From the sequence record PX651718.1: a stretch of DNA of 52,949 nucleotides; one strand, given 5' to 3'. Both the position numbers and the translations under genes were made by a program. Under the pieces are notes generated by a model, which saw only the letters and a program-made list of their open reading frames with translations, had not been told where the DNA came from and searched no databases. Positions 19,174 through 29,483 of this stretch are shown piece by piece (position 1 is the first letter of the stretch; every line of letters starts with the position of its first letter). Source of the DNA: a phage.

Positions 19174-19688
19174 TGGATATTCGACTCGAAGAACTACAAT
19201 CCATGAAGGAGATTGTAGATGTGTGTGTAGGTATTCCAAAGTTTACCTACAACATGCAAATTAATGCTCCCAGACCTCATGGTGAGTATGCCGCAATCAA
19301 ATGTCTATCAAGCACCAATCCGGGCTTTGACGAAAACAGAATAGTAACCATTAACGGTGAAGAGATGTTTCGTACCCGTGGCGTGCGCATCCTGACGTTT
19401 GCAATAATGTTTTCTCGTGAGGGTGATGAATTTATCAAGTTTGATAATTCGTTTTACCGTCCCGATGTTCAAGCCAAATTGAAGCAGGAGAAGTTTGCTG
19501 CTCTTGGTAAAGAACCTTTAAATCTTGCCACCATACAAATGGAAACCAATTGGGAAGTTCGCCAAGCGGTTAAAATGCAATTCAATATTATACGTGAAGA
19601 TTTGAGTCCTATTGGGGTCATGTCTGGCGCATATGTTGGTGGCAACTTCTATGATGGTAATTCACTCATCACAACCAAAAAGGTTTAA
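19170..19688 (+). CDS. hypothetical structural protein
   Basis: Track ORF; start overlaps the previous stop (GTGATGG). Confidence 0.55.
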   Translation: MMDIRLEELQSMKEIVDVCVGIPKFTYNMQINAPRPHGEYAAIKCLSSTNPGFDENRIVTINGEEMFRTRGVRILTFAIMFSREGDEFIKFDNSFYRPDVQAKLKQEKFAALGKEPLNLATIQMETNWEVRQAVKMQFNIIREDLSPIGVMSGAYVGGNFYDGNSLITTKKV

Positions 19689-19690
19689 TA

Positions 19691-21139
19691 ATGTCAATCC
19701 CAATTTCTGACTTAGTTCAGGTTGATATCGCAATCTCCCCGAACGCCATTGCGACTGATGGTTTTGGGCCATTGCTCTTCATGAGCAAAGAGTTTGTACC
19801 ATCTGTTGATATATATCCAGTTCGTTCTTACACCAGTTTGAAAGAAGTTCTGGCAGATTTCCCTGGTGGCGAGATTGCCAAAGCTGCTACTACTTGGTAC
19901 TCGCAGAAACCGACTCCGAAGACTTTCCTGGTCGGCGCTATCAAGAATGATACAATGACTCCAGCAACTCCTGCCACTGTTACTGCTGCATCTGCTGGTG
20001 TACTGTCAACGATTAAGCTGGAAACTGCTGCAACCCTACAGCTGAGTGTTAGTGGTGTTCAGTATGTCACTGACCCGATTAACTTCTCCTCTGCTGGAGA
20101 CTTTGAAGAAGTTGCAACCCTTGTAACTACTGCACTGTCTTCTGTTGGTGCTGGCGTAACTGTTACTCAAGATGCTGGCAAGTTTAAGCTGACTACTTCT
20201 GCAACTGGCGCTAATGCAACTATCAGCAACGTTGGTGGTAAAGTTGGGGAAGTGTTGAAGCTGCAATCTTCCGACAATGCAGTCACTGTTGATGGCAAGA
20301 ACGAGTTGTCTATTTCCTCCGACCTGGCTGCTATTGCAGATGCTCCATTTAACTTCTTCTATGTAGGTCTTGACCGCAAATACCGTGGCAAGTCTACTCC
20401 GGTAGACAACCAAATGTCTGTGGCGAAGTGGTGTGAAGCATCCAGCAAAGTATTTGGCTGGGGCGACAGCGACAAGAATATTCTTATCAACGGTACTAAC
20501 AACAGCTTCCGCCGTGCTAAGAACCAGAACCTGCGTAACACTTTGTGTGTTTACGATGCTTCTACAAATGGTGACGAATATCCGGAAATTTCTATTCTGG
20601 GTCGTGCATCAACTGTCAACTTTAATGTTGCAAACTCTGTCCTCACTCTGGCATACAAGAAAGGTCCAGGTGTTGCCACTGCTGACTTATCTTCTGGTCA
20701 GTTGAGCGCACTACTTTCTTGTGGTGGTAACGCATTCATCTCAGTTGCTGGCAACGTAATGTTCTACAACGGTCGCATGGCTGACGGTACGTGGTTCGAC
20801 TCCGTACAAGGTGTTGAATGGCTTACCCAGAAAGTTCGACTGAATGTGTTCAACTTGTTCTACACCTCCAATACCAAGATTCCTTGGACAGACACTGGTG
20901 TAGCGATGGTTAACCAACAAGTAACCCTGGCGCTCGAACTCGCCAAGACTAACGGCCTCATTGCCCCCGGCTACGATAACGAAGGCGTCTTCTACCCAGA
21001 AGGCTACAAAGTTATCTCCACTCCGTTAGAACTCTTGCAGTCGCAGAAGGGTGAACGTATTTGGGAAGGTACTTCCTTTATTGCTATCGGTTCCGGTGCA
21101 ATCCAGGGTGCTGTAATCTCTGGCAACTTCATTCAGTAA
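19691..21139 (+). CDS. major tail structural protein (sheath- or tube-like)
   Basis: 482-aa ORF with AAAAGG RBS, upstream of a small tube-like gene, chaperone and tape measure. Confidence 0.5.
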   Translation: MSIPISDLVQVDIAISPNAIATDGFGPLLFMSKEFVPSVDIYPVRSYTSLKEVLADFPGGEIAKAATTWYSQKPTPKTFLVGAIKNDTMTPATPATVTAASAGVLSTIKLETAATLQLSVSGVQYVTDPINFSSAGDFEEVATLVTTALSSVGAGVTVTQDAGKFKLTTSATGANATISNVGGKVGEVLKLQSSDNAVTVDGKNELSISSDLAAIADAPFNFFYVGLDRKYRGKSTPVDNQMSVAKWCEASSKVFGWGDSDKNILINGTNNSFRRAKNQNLRNTLCVYDASTNGDEYPEISILGRASTVNFNVANSVLTLAYKKGPGVATADLSSGQLSALLSCGGNAFISVAGNVMFYNGRMADGTWFDSVQGVEWLTQKVRLNVFNLFYTSNTKIPWTDTGVAMVNQQVTLALELAKTNGLIAPGYDNEGVFYPEGYKVISTPLELLQSQKGERIWEGTSFIAIGSGAIQGAVISGNFIQ

Positions 21140-21148
21140 GGGTGAACA

Positions 21149-21604
21149 GTGAAGCAATATTCGTTTTATAATACAGACCTCCTGATTGACGGTGCTCGTG
21201 TAGACGGTTTTCAGGCAGGGCAATCTGTAATTACGGCACGCTACAACGTGCCACAACATGTTCCTGTAATGGATGCTTACGGTAAACTTGCTGTAGCAAC
21301 CACTGCTGACCAGTCGGGGGTTATTACTTTCCCTCTGCTGCAAACGGCAGACTGGAACGAAATTCTGTATCAACGTGCACAGCTTACTCGTGCAACTGGC
21401 CTGTCTGGTAACAAATCCCTGTGGGAACCTTTGCAGATTCAGTTGGTGGATAAGATGGGCGACGTTCTGGTTAACGGTGTTAACGGTGCAATCCTGCAAC
21501 AGCCTGCTATTGTTCGTGGTGTAACCTTTACATCCAACATGTGGGCTATCTTTGTAGAGCGCCTCACCATCGTAACTGGCCAGTATCCAGAAATCGGCGT
21601 ATAA
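21149..21604 (+). CDS. tail tube protein (putative)
   Basis: 151-aa ORF between the major tail gene and the chaperone; GTG start with AAGGG RBS. Confidence 0.45.
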   Translation: MKQYSFYNTDLLIDGARVDGFQAGQSVITARYNVPQHVPVMDAYGKLAVATTADQSGVITFPLLQTADWNEILYQRAQLTRATGLSGNKSLWEPLQIQLVDKMGDVLVNGVNGAILQQPAIVRGVTFTSNMWAIFVERLTIVTGQYPEIGV

Positions 21605-21619
21605 CATTAAGGTAAGAGC

Positions 21620-22078
21620 ATGGCTTGTGAACTTCGTCAACGCGAGTTACAAGCCGACTCTGGTGATGTAGTCTTGGTTGGTACTCGTCAATTGAGTGCC
21701 AGCCAAGCTCTTGACCTACAAGTCGAGCTTGTTCAGAAACTTGGAACTTCAATCTTCCCATTCGTTGAGAATAAATATAACTTTGCAGACATTATTTATT
21801 TAATGCAGCAAGGTGGGACGAGTAACGAAGTAACAGAATTAATTAAACGTGTAGTGTGCATGGCAACCATTGATGGTGTCGAAGTTACTCCACGCACTAT
21901 GCAAATGAAATACAACGGCAACTTGATGCTTATGCACCATGTGTTTGCATTTGTTTTGGAATCGAACTTCCTTGATTTTTTCAAGCAAGGGCTCGAACTC
22001 AACGAACGCAGACGATTGGAGGCGGTGGAAGCATCCAAGATGGCCGAGCAGAAGAATTCGAGTCCGGAAACGATTTAA
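21620..22078 (+). CDS. tail assembly chaperone, zero-frame product (G-like)
   Basis: Position immediately upstream of the tape measure gene; contains a slippery heptamer and an open -1 frame downstream. Confidence 0.6.
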   Translation: MACELRQRELQADSGDVVLVGTRQLSASQALDLQVELVQKLGTSIFPFVENKYNFADIIYLMQQGGTSNEVTELIKRVVCMATIDGVEVTPRTMQMKYNGNLMLMHHVFAFVLESNFLDFFKQGLELNERRRLEAVEASKMAEQKNSSPETI

Positions 22079-22254
22079 CTGCAAAGTTCCCGGAAATAAA
22101 ATACTTCTTGCACCGTCCTGTAATAGAGGACAGTTCACTCTGTTCTCTTAAAGAGTTACAAGATGGGACCTACTCTATTATGGATTTGTTGACCTTCCAC
22201 GCAATACTCGATTTGCGTAACGAATTAAAACCTAAAGAAGAAGACAATGGCTAA
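21976..22254 (+). other. programmed -1 frameshift site (TTTTTTC, 21976-21982) and -1 frame extension (GT-like chaperone product)
   Basis: Heptamer T TTT TTC in the zero frame; the -1 frame has TGA at 21973-21975 then stays open for 92 codons to TAA at 22252-22254, ending where the tape measure gene begins. Confidence 0.6.
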
Positions 22255-25200
22255 TAACATAAAAGATTTGATGAGAATGTCCGAAGCCGAATTGATTGGC
22301 TTAGGCGCTCAATATGGTCTGTCGTTCAATCCAGGTATGCGCAAACGAGATATGGCACAGCAACTTGAATCAAGTGCTGCATCTGGTTGGATGGAAACAA
22401 ATTCGCAGCTCATGGAAGAAACCCATACAGAAGATGATGGCATCTCTTATGGCACTTCCGACATGATTTCAGACTCAGCCCACATTGCACAGATGATTTC
22501 TGGCGCTGGGCTGACTGAAACATTCCATGCTGCAATGAACGGTCCAAGTCACCATGTAGAAGCTATTCATGCCTACATGGAGAAATTAGGTGTATCCGCC
22601 GATGATGTGTGGATGCACATGCCCAAAGCAAACCCGAACAAACCGGAAGGTCATTGGGGAATGCTTAATGCGTACATGCGTGATACGCTGACAGGCCATC
22701 AAGATATAATGCCGGAGCTTCCTGGACATTATACAGGCGACATTATGGGCGAGTACTCCACAAACCGTGGAGATATTGCCAAGTCGTTCGGCTATCTTGC
22801 CCACATGTATGTTGACCGTGAACGATACGACAACCCAGACCGCTATGCACGAGATGTTTATCGTGTAGCCAAACGTTTAGAGTCAGAATTGCCGCAAAAC
22901 TTCCGAGAAGTTGCTGCTGTATCTGCAATGAATGTAGGAAATAAGTCGGGGCCAAAACTTTCATACATGGATTCATTGCCTAAACTTGGCTCTGAATCAA
23001 TTGTTAGTGGTATCCAACACCCTCGACAGCCACTTAACGCATCTGGTTTACCACTTGGCTCATTTGGCAGCGGTATTAATGCTGAATACTCATTATCTGC
23101 ATCCTTATCTGGCTCGCCAGGCTGGTCTGATGTAAGTAGGACTCTGTACCAAGATGTTTCTAGCGTAGTTAAGTCTGCGGCAAAGGTCTATTCTGGTGAT
23201 TCTGAAAGAGGAATGAACGCGTACCGCACTCAATCTTCTGACAGAGATTTGATTCTTGATTCTGCTTCCCGCTATGCAGACATTACAGATGTTCGTTCTG
23301 GGTATGAGAATCTTAAGAAAGATATTGGCGACGACCCTCGCTACTCTGGTGCATCCATCCGTGGTGTTCTTGAGAATGCTCACCAATATAATGAGGCAGA
23401 AGTAAGCAAGACATTTGACCCTGCTGAACGCTTAAGAAATACTGAACCTGCCGAACTAAGTCCTTCAACAGAGTTTATTACGCAACTCGATTCACCAACG
23501 AGTTGGAACTCTGCTCGCGCTCGTCGTGAGAGTATTGCTATATCTAACTTGGACTCTGCTCCACAACCAGCTCCGAAAGAAGGCCCAATCCATTATCACA
23601 ACATGGAACAGGGAACTCAGGAATGGTTGGACTTCCGCAAACAATACGACATTACTGGCTCCACTGTTGGTTCGTTTCTTGGTAACAATGAATACACCCG
23701 ACCTTGGGCTGCAATGATTGATAAAATTGGCCTACAACGCGGAAAGGGGCCAAGTGAATTTACTAAAAGAATGTTCGAAGCAGGTCATCGGACGGAAGAA
23801 ATTGCTCGTAACCGTGTCGCCAAAGAGTTTGGATTCGATATCGAGCAAGCTGGCGCAATAACAAATGACAATTATCCGTCGTTCATGTATTCTCCAGATG
23901 GCCTTATCGGTGATGACGCGATTTGGGAACACAAGAATCCTGAAAGGGCTAAAAAGTTTTCTAATCTCTCTGCTGGCGAGCATAAGGACTATTTCGACCA
24001 AATTCAATTTGGCTTGCTTGTATCTGGCCGTAGTCGTGCACTGTTCTCTCAGACAATCGGAGACAAGACGGTATCTGAGTGGATTGAGAAAGACGAGGGA
24101 TGGTACGAGCGCAACAAAGATAAGATTGATTCTACTATTGGGCGTCTCAATGCTGGTCGAAAGTTTGTTGAAGATAATCCAGACCTACCTAATGATGAAT
24201 TAATCAAGGGTGCTCGTGCTGCAATGACTGGCGATGGCATCTGGAAAGATGTTAAGCAAAGGTCAACTCGTGGATATTCTGCCGCAGCTGGAACACCTGA
24301 TGACCCATTCATAGGCAACCGCACTGATGCTGGAATTGGTGAGGCCACGACTTCTGCCGTAGGCTCTGACAGCACGACTGGCAATGACTCGATGGCAATA
24401 TCTGTCAAGAAAGGTATTCTTGCTGCACAGGAAGAAAACAAACTGCGTGGACAAGATGCCGACTTTGGTGGAAATGATGGTCGTGGTGGCGGTGGTGGCT
24501 TCTGGGATACATTTGATGCCAGCAGTTATGGTATCAGCGGAGGCGGTTCTGGTGGCGGCGGTCGTGGTGGTTGGAGGGTTGGCGGTAGCTTCTCAGATGA
24601 CTTCGGTCGTGCTGGTGGAGCATTGGCTGCTGGCGTAGCTGGTGGCAGCATTGGTTCATTATCCAATGGCGCAATGAATGCCCTCATGATGACTCCTTGG
24701 GGTCGTGTAGCTGGCATGGCTATTGGTGCTGCCCAGATTGGTAATGAAGCTCTGGAAGGTCTGAACGACTTCTACGGCAATTCTTTGGATGCTGGTGTTA
24801 ATAATCCTAACGAATATTCTTCCATGACTCAGGGCATGGAAATGTTGGGACTTAACTCACAACAAGCCAATCGACTCAATCAAACCACACATAGTGCCTA
24901 TAACACCCTCCTAAATGGCGACCCCAGCGGCGCTGTGAACATCGTTCAGGGAACCCGTGGTCTTATCACAATTGGCGACATTCGTGCGGCACAGGGCGAC
25001 CCTGTGGCCCTAGCGCGGATAATGCGTGAGCGTGGTCAGGAACGGGGTTGGAGTCAGGCCCGTATTGCTGGTGCAATGCAAATGGCTGGTCTGGATGGCA
25101 TGGCCCGTGCCTATGACCGCACAGAATACAGCATGGGCGAGGCTGAGGCGAACGTTAAGCGTGGAGCCGACTCAAACTACGCCGAAGGCGTTGCACAGCT

Positions 25201-25918
25201 GGGAATCGCGCAGACGGAGCGTGCTGGGGTATTGCCTGGATACGCCGTTCCGCAAGCTGCAATCTCATACGGCAGCACCTTTATTGAGGCAGGTGGCGAT
25301 GCCGCTAGAACGATGCGTGTGGCCTCCAACGGTACAGCCGATGCAGCACGTAATGTTTATGACTTTATCGCAGGAGAAGAGTCAGGGAACCGCGATTTTA
25401 ACGCAGATGGTTCGGTAGTTACATCGCCAACTGGTGCTAAAGGTCGTATGCAAGTTCTTGATTCAACTTCTCGTGACCCTGGCTTTGGTGTTCGTCCTGC
25501 CAAAGATAACTCACTTGAAGAACGTGCCCGTGTTGGTCGTGACTATTACGATGCAATGCTTAAGCGATATAATGGTGACGCTGAGAAGGCTATGGCGGCG
25601 TACACAGATGGTGCCGGAACTGTTGATGATGCTATCAACAAACATGGGACCGACTGGCTGAACGCTGTTCCACTACAGGCACAGAACCGTGTCAAGAAGT
25701 ACCGCGAATGGGCTTCTCAGGGAGATTCTATTGCAGAAGGTGCAACCGGATTCACCAGAAACGGACTGTCCTATGGTCAGACACAGCCCACCATAGTTAA
25801 CGTTGAAGTCAAAGCTACCGTGAACAACAAACAAGCGTCTGCAACCGTGTCAACTCCGAACGGTCAAACTGTTACCCAAACAATCAACATGGGTAATGGT
25901 GCAATGGAACGCAGATAA
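22247..25918 (+). CDS. tail tape measure protein with lytic transglycosylase (SLT-like) region and Gly-rich low-complexity segment
   Basis: 1223-aa ORF after the chaperone pair; SLT-like motif EESGNRD ... GAKGRMQV; Gly-rich block around residues 740-800. Confidence 0.7.
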   Translation: MANNIKDLMRMSEAELIGLGAQYGLSFNPGMRKRDMAQQLESSAASGWMETNSQLMEETHTEDDGISYGTSDMISDSAHIAQMISGAGLTETFHAAMNGPSHHVEAIHAYMEKLGVSADDVWMHMPKANPNKPEGHWGMLNAYMRDTLTGHQDIMPELPGHYTGDIMGEYSTNRGDIAKSFGYLAHMYVDRERYDNPDRYARDVYRVAKRLESELPQNFREVAAVSAMNVGNKSGPKLSYMDSLPKLGSESIVSGIQHPRQPLNASGLPLGSFGSGINAEYSLSASLSGSPGWSDVSRTLYQDVSSVVKSAAKVYSGDSERGMNAYRTQSSDRDLILDSASRYADITDVRSGYENLKKDIGDDPRYSGASIRGVLENAHQYNEAEVSKTFDPAERLRNTEPAELSPSTEFITQLDSPTSWNSARARRESIAISNLDSAPQPAPKEGPIHYHNMEQGTQEWLDFRKQYDITGSTVGSFLGNNEYTRPWAAMIDKIGLQRGKGPSEFTKRMFEAGHRTEEIARNRVAKEFGFDIEQAGAITNDNYPSFMYSPDGLIGDDAIWEHKNPERAKKFSNLSAGEHKDYFDQIQFGLLVSGRSRALFSQTIGDKTVSEWIEKDEGWYERNKDKIDSTIGRLNAGRKFVEDNPDLPNDELIKGARAAMTGDGIWKDVKQRSTRGYSAAAGTPDDPFIGNRTDAGIGEATTSAVGSDSTTGNDSMAISVKKGILAAQEENKLRGQDADFGGNDGRGGGGGFWDTFDASSYGISGGGSGGGGRGGWRVGGSFSDDFGRAGGALAAGVAGGSIGSLSNGAMNALMMTPWGRVAGMAIGAAQIGNEALEGLNDFYGNSLDAGVNNPNEYSSMTQGMEMLGLNSQQANRLNQTTHSAYNTLLNGDPSGAVNIVQGTRGLITIGDIRAAQGDPVALARIMRERGQERGWSQARIAGAMQMAGLDGMARAYDRTEYSMGEAEANVKRGADSNYAEGVAQLGIAQTERAGVLPGYAVPQAAISYGSTFIEAGGDAARTMRVASNGTADAARNVYDFIAGEESGNRDFNADGSVVTSPTGAKGRMQVLDSTSRDPGFGVRPAKDNSLEERARVGRDYYDAMLKRYNGDAEKAMAAYTDGAGTVDDAINKHGTDWLNAVPLQAQNRVKKYREWASQGDSIAEGATGFTRNGLSYGQTQPTIVNVEVKATVNNKQASATVSTPNGQTVTQTINMGNGAMERR

Positions 25919-25923
25919 GAAAG

Positions 25924-25952
25924 TGCCGGGATTAATCTCGGCATTCTTCTTT
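25924..25952 (+). terminator. putative rho-independent terminator
   Basis: TGCCGGG-ATTAAT-CTCGGCA stem-loop followed by TTCTTCTTT. Confidence 0.5.
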
Positions 25953-25993
25953 AACATTATTTGAATATGTATTAATTTCAATAGGTGTATAAC

Positions 25994-27091
25994 ATGCCGT
26001 GGATGCGTGGTATAGAGATAGTTGTCTCAAGAAAGGATGACCCAGAAACCAAGTCTGTGTTTAAAGCACACAAGATTGATTTCACCATCCGGTCAACTGT
26101 TGGTTGGCCAGCAGATACTGCCGATATTACTCTATACAACCTGGGCGTCGATGAAGTTAAATTCCTTCAAGACAAGTCCTATGGTGATATGTATATTGAA
26201 ATTCGTGCAGGATATTACGAAGACGAGCGTGTCGTTAATGCTGGTCATAATAAGTATCAAAGCCCAGGTCAGATGGATTCGGAAGTAAGGGTTGAGATTG
26301 GTCAAGTCCTTCCAACAATCTTCTCTGGCATCGTAACAAACGCAGTGGGATTCAGACGCCCTCCAGAACACATAACACAATTGTTTTGTATCTCCAAAGC
26401 CTATGGTGCATCTACTGAATTTACTCAGATGAGGGACATTCCAAATGGGGCAACCTTGGAAGATGCCATTCGTTCTATGTGTGCTGACTACGGCTTCTCA
26501 ACCATTTCATCTTTTGGTGTTGAAGAATCTGTATTCAAAACCAAGTTGAAGTTAGGTCGAGTATTCCATGACACATTCTTGGAAGAATTTCGTGCCTTGC
26601 TTGGGGAATACAATTTACTATTCTCAGTAACAACTGGTGAGATTCAAATCTTCCCAGACACCTACGGCAATAAAGATGCTGTAGACAGAATGTCAAAAGA
26701 CCGTGAGCCAATCAAGCTGGATGCCAATCAGGTTATTGGGAACCCTATTGCCGGAATTGCAACATACTCCTTGAATACATTTCTTAACGCCAGCTATCAG
26801 CCAGGAATGATTCTGGATGTATCTCCTCTGTTGGGAGAGCAATTGCTGGCTAATGGCGTTACTTCGGTAAATGGAAAAGGTGTTGTATTAAACACAGACC
26901 AAAGCGTGTTCCGTTGGGCGATGGAAGATAAATACTTCATCACAGAAGTTGTCCATCATGGCTCAACCCATGAAACTGTTTTCCAAACATCCATCACTGC
27001 AATGCTTGGTGGCAATACTGCAATGGGCGGTAAAGAAGCGGCTTGGCAGCAAGCCTACTTAAACAGTGGAATGGCTATGGAGTCTTTCTAA
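25994..27091 (+). CDS. tail protein (distal tail / baseplate region)
   Basis: ATG at 25994 with TAGGTG upstream; in frame with track ORF 25985..27091. Confidence 0.55.
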   Translation: MPWMRGIEIVVSRKDDPETKSVFKAHKIDFTIRSTVGWPADTADITLYNLGVDEVKFLQDKSYGDMYIEIRAGYYEDERVVNAGHNKYQSPGQMDSEVRVEIGQVLPTIFSGIVTNAVGFRRPPEHITQLFCISKAYGASTEFTQMRDIPNGATLEDAIRSMCADYGFSTISSFGVEESVFKTKLKLGRVFHDTFLEEFRALLGEYNLLFSVTTGEIQIFPDTYGNKDAVDRMSKDREPIKLDANQVIGNPIAGIATYSLNTFLNASYQPGMILDVSPLLGEQLLANGVTSVNGKGVVLNTDQSVFRWAMEDKYFITEVVHHGSTHETVFQTSITAMLGGNTAMGGKEAAWQQAYLNSGMAMESF

Positions 27092-27993
27092 TGGCATTAA
27101 TTGATACAAGTCTTATCGGGGATGGATTATCATCCCTATCGAAAGCATTTAGTTATGGGCATAATCCGTCTGTGATTATGTGGTCTAATGGCCCATCGGT
27201 CCAGAAAGAGGACGAAGGATTGTTTGGTAAAGCCTTTGGTGGCATTGCCAAGACAATGGAGCCTCTTGTTACATCTTCGGCCCCAGAGAGTTTCAACTCT
27301 TTTAAGTTCGATGCAATTGTTAGTGAAGAGCACGATGCTCAGTCGGTTGTTACCAAGTTTCCTGTGAGTTCTGGCTTCATGGTCAGTGACCACATTATCA
27401 AACAAAACCGAATCTTAAAACTAACTGCTGTTGCAACAAACATGCAGAACGCTGCAATGTGGACTGCTTCTGTTCAGGGTTTATCTGTTGCCACTGGTGC
27501 AATCTTTAACAACCCAATCATTCCCATCATCGGTGCTGCTGCTGGTGCTGTTGCCTCTGCATTTGAAACGAGCAATCGAATCCAATCTACTTATGATTTG
27601 TTCAACAACTTCCGCTCGACCGGAACCAAGCTGTACATCTCCACTATCATCGGCCCTTATTTGAATTGTGTAGTAACTGGCATTCGAACTAAGACTGACA
27701 AAATGACTTCTGCAATTCTGGCTGTTGAAATTACACTGGAAGAGTTGCAAGTCATTGGTGAAGATGTTCTGGCAATCGAAGCTCGTAAAGCAATGCAGTC
27801 TATGACAGACTATTCAGAATTTGGGAAGATTGCCCAAAGTGCTGGTATAGGTGCTCTTGGCGGTGCTGGCGTAACTCTCCCAGGTCTGGGTGCAGTTGGC
27901 GCTACGGCAGTGAGCCAGCTTGGTACGTTAAAAGATAAACTTGCCAAACTGGAATCTCCTCTGTCCTCGGTTAAAGGGAAGCTGTTCAAATGA
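27091..27993 (+). CDS. tail / baseplate protein
   Basis: ATG at 27091 overlapping the previous stop (TAATG); in frame with track ORF 27043..27993. Confidence 0.5.
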   Translation: MALIDTSLIGDGLSSLSKAFSYGHNPSVIMWSNGPSVQKEDEGLFGKAFGGIAKTMEPLVTSSAPESFNSFKFDAIVSEEHDAQSVVTKFPVSSGFMVSDHIIKQNRILKLTAVATNMQNAAMWTASVQGLSVATGAIFNNPIIPIIGAAAGAVASAFETSNRIQSTYDLFNNFRSTGTKLYISTIIGPYLNCVVTGIRTKTDKMTSAILAVEITLEELQVIGEDVLAIEARKAMQSMTDYSEFGKIAQSAGIGALGGAGVTLPGLGAVGATAVSQLGTLKDKLAKLESPLSSVKGKLFK

Positions 27994-28352
27994 CAGAACA
28001 ACAAGCTATGCAAGAGATATTATCACTACTCCCACCAGGGTATGTGAAGACTGTCCCATACGATACCTCAAAGGATGTATCTTTTGAGTTTCGTGGTGTC
28101 ACAGTCAAAATGTCTGCATTGTATTTAAACGAGTATTTAAACTGCTACATGTTTGACCTTGCTTGGGGTTCATCTGAAAAGATTTATGGAATCCCTATTC
28201 GCGGCGGTGTTGATATTCTTAAGCAATACAGCACACCACTGCCAAACATGTACGTTACGAATACTGTAAGTCCAGGAGAAGAGGTCTACACTTGGCGACA
28301 AATGTTCCTCTTCATTGTAGATGCGAGTGTACTTGAACGTGGCGAGTCATAA
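27990..28352 (+). CDS. hypothetical tail protein
   Basis: Track ORF; ATGA overlap with the previous stop. Confidence 0.5.
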   Translation: MTEQQAMQEILSLLPPGYVKTVPYDTSKDVSFEFRGVTVKMSALYLNEYLNCYMFDLAWGSSEKIYGIPIRGGVDILKQYSTPLPNMYVTNTVSPGEEVYTWRQMFLFIVDASVLERGES

Positions 28353-29112
28353 CAACGATGTAAGGTCTGCAACTGTTAATACAGGATACCCAGGCCATAT
28401 TTATAACTTCGATGCTGTAACTCAAACCTGTGAGGTGCAGCTTGCAATCGAAAACCTATTTACAGGTTACACCAATGCCTACACCTTAGAAAAGAAGAGG
28501 CGGCTCAGAAATGTTCCTGTGCAGTTCATCCAAGGTGGCGGCTGGAGTCTAACACATCCAGTTCCAGATGGTACTCCTTGCTATGTTCATTTTGCTCAGC
28601 GCGGGATTGAACATTGGTTGGCAGAGAATAAAGACTATGCTGGCATGATTGGTGGAAGACCTGCCCCAGCATTCAGTCAGTTGTTCTCTCACAACTCTGC
28701 TGTGTGTATTATTGGGATACAACCAATTCCAGGTGCAATACCAGGATTTAATGCAGGAGTTACTGAACTCCGAAATGCAAGTCGTGACCAACGTCTGACT
28801 CTTCATGGTGACGGAAAGGTAGAACTTATTACTGGTGCTGCAAAGATTACAATCACGAAAGATTCGGAGATAGTAATTGAAGCGACAGAAAAAGCGTCTG
28901 TTATCTCGCCGCAAATCCTTTTGGATGGCGACACCACAGTTACAAAATCGCTCACCGTTCTCGGAGGAATGTCAGTGTCAGGTGGCAGTGGTGGAACAAT
29001 GTCAATTACGGGCGATATGGTTCAACAGGGTACGTTCACCATTAACGGAGTCACGGTTAACGAACACACCCACACTAACCCAGAAGGCGGCGATGTAGGG
29101 CCGATGAAATAA
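28321..29112 (+). CDS. baseplate spike / assembly protein V-like
   Basis: Gly-rich beta-type C-terminal region ending NEHTHTNPEGG, as in gpV/gp45-like spikes; start uncertain. Confidence 0.5.
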   Translation: MRVYLNVASHNNDVRSATVNTGYPGHIYNFDAVTQTCEVQLAIENLFTGYTNAYTLEKKRRLRNVPVQFIQGGGWSLTHPVPDGTPCYVHFAQRGIEHWLAENKDYAGMIGGRPAPAFSQLFSHNSAVCIIGIQPIPGAIPGFNAGVTELRNASRDQRLTLHGDGKVELITGAAKITITKDSEIVIEATEKASVISPQILLDGDTTVTKSLTVLGGMSVSGGSGGTMSITGDMVQQGTFTINGVTVNEHTHTNPEGGDVGPMK

Positions 29113-29483
29113 TGGCTGGAAACTTACTGTTAGATTCTAACCACGATATTATTATTGGTCGTGGTGCAACCAGGGTCGGTGGTGTAGAAGAGGTTGCTCA
29201 AATAGTTAAGTGCAGATTATTAACAGTGTTCGGAGAATGGAAACATGACACGACCACTGGCCTCCCTTGGTTCGAGGGAATCTTCACTAAGACTGTCAGA
29301 ACTGCTGATATTGAAGCAGCCATCGCCAACGTCATTCGAAGCACCCCAGGTGTTCAACAACTTATCTCTATAAATATTGATGCTGACTTCCGTGAGCGTG
29401 AAGTAAGAGTTTCATTCATTGCTATCTCAGATTATGGAAGTCTTGAGGATTACTTAACATGGCAACAATCCAGTACGGCGTGA
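29112..29483 (+). CDS. baseplate wedge protein (gp25/W-like)
   Basis: 123-aa ORF directly between spike-like and J-like genes; assigned by size and synteny. Confidence 0.45.
   Translation: MAGNLLLDSNHDIIIGRGATRVGGVEEVAQIVKCRLLTVFGEWKHDTTTGLPWFEGIFTKTVRTADIEAAIANVIRSTPGVQQLISINIDADFREREVRVSFIAISDYGSLEDYLTWQQSSTA

Noticed and set aside
21939-22151. Track ORF 21939..22151 (+1 frame relative to the chaperone gene) as an independent gene
   Set aside because: It overlaps the chaperone gene and the -1 frame extension; the -1 frame is the one that is closed right before the slippery site and open to the tape measure start, so the +1 ORF is considered spurious.
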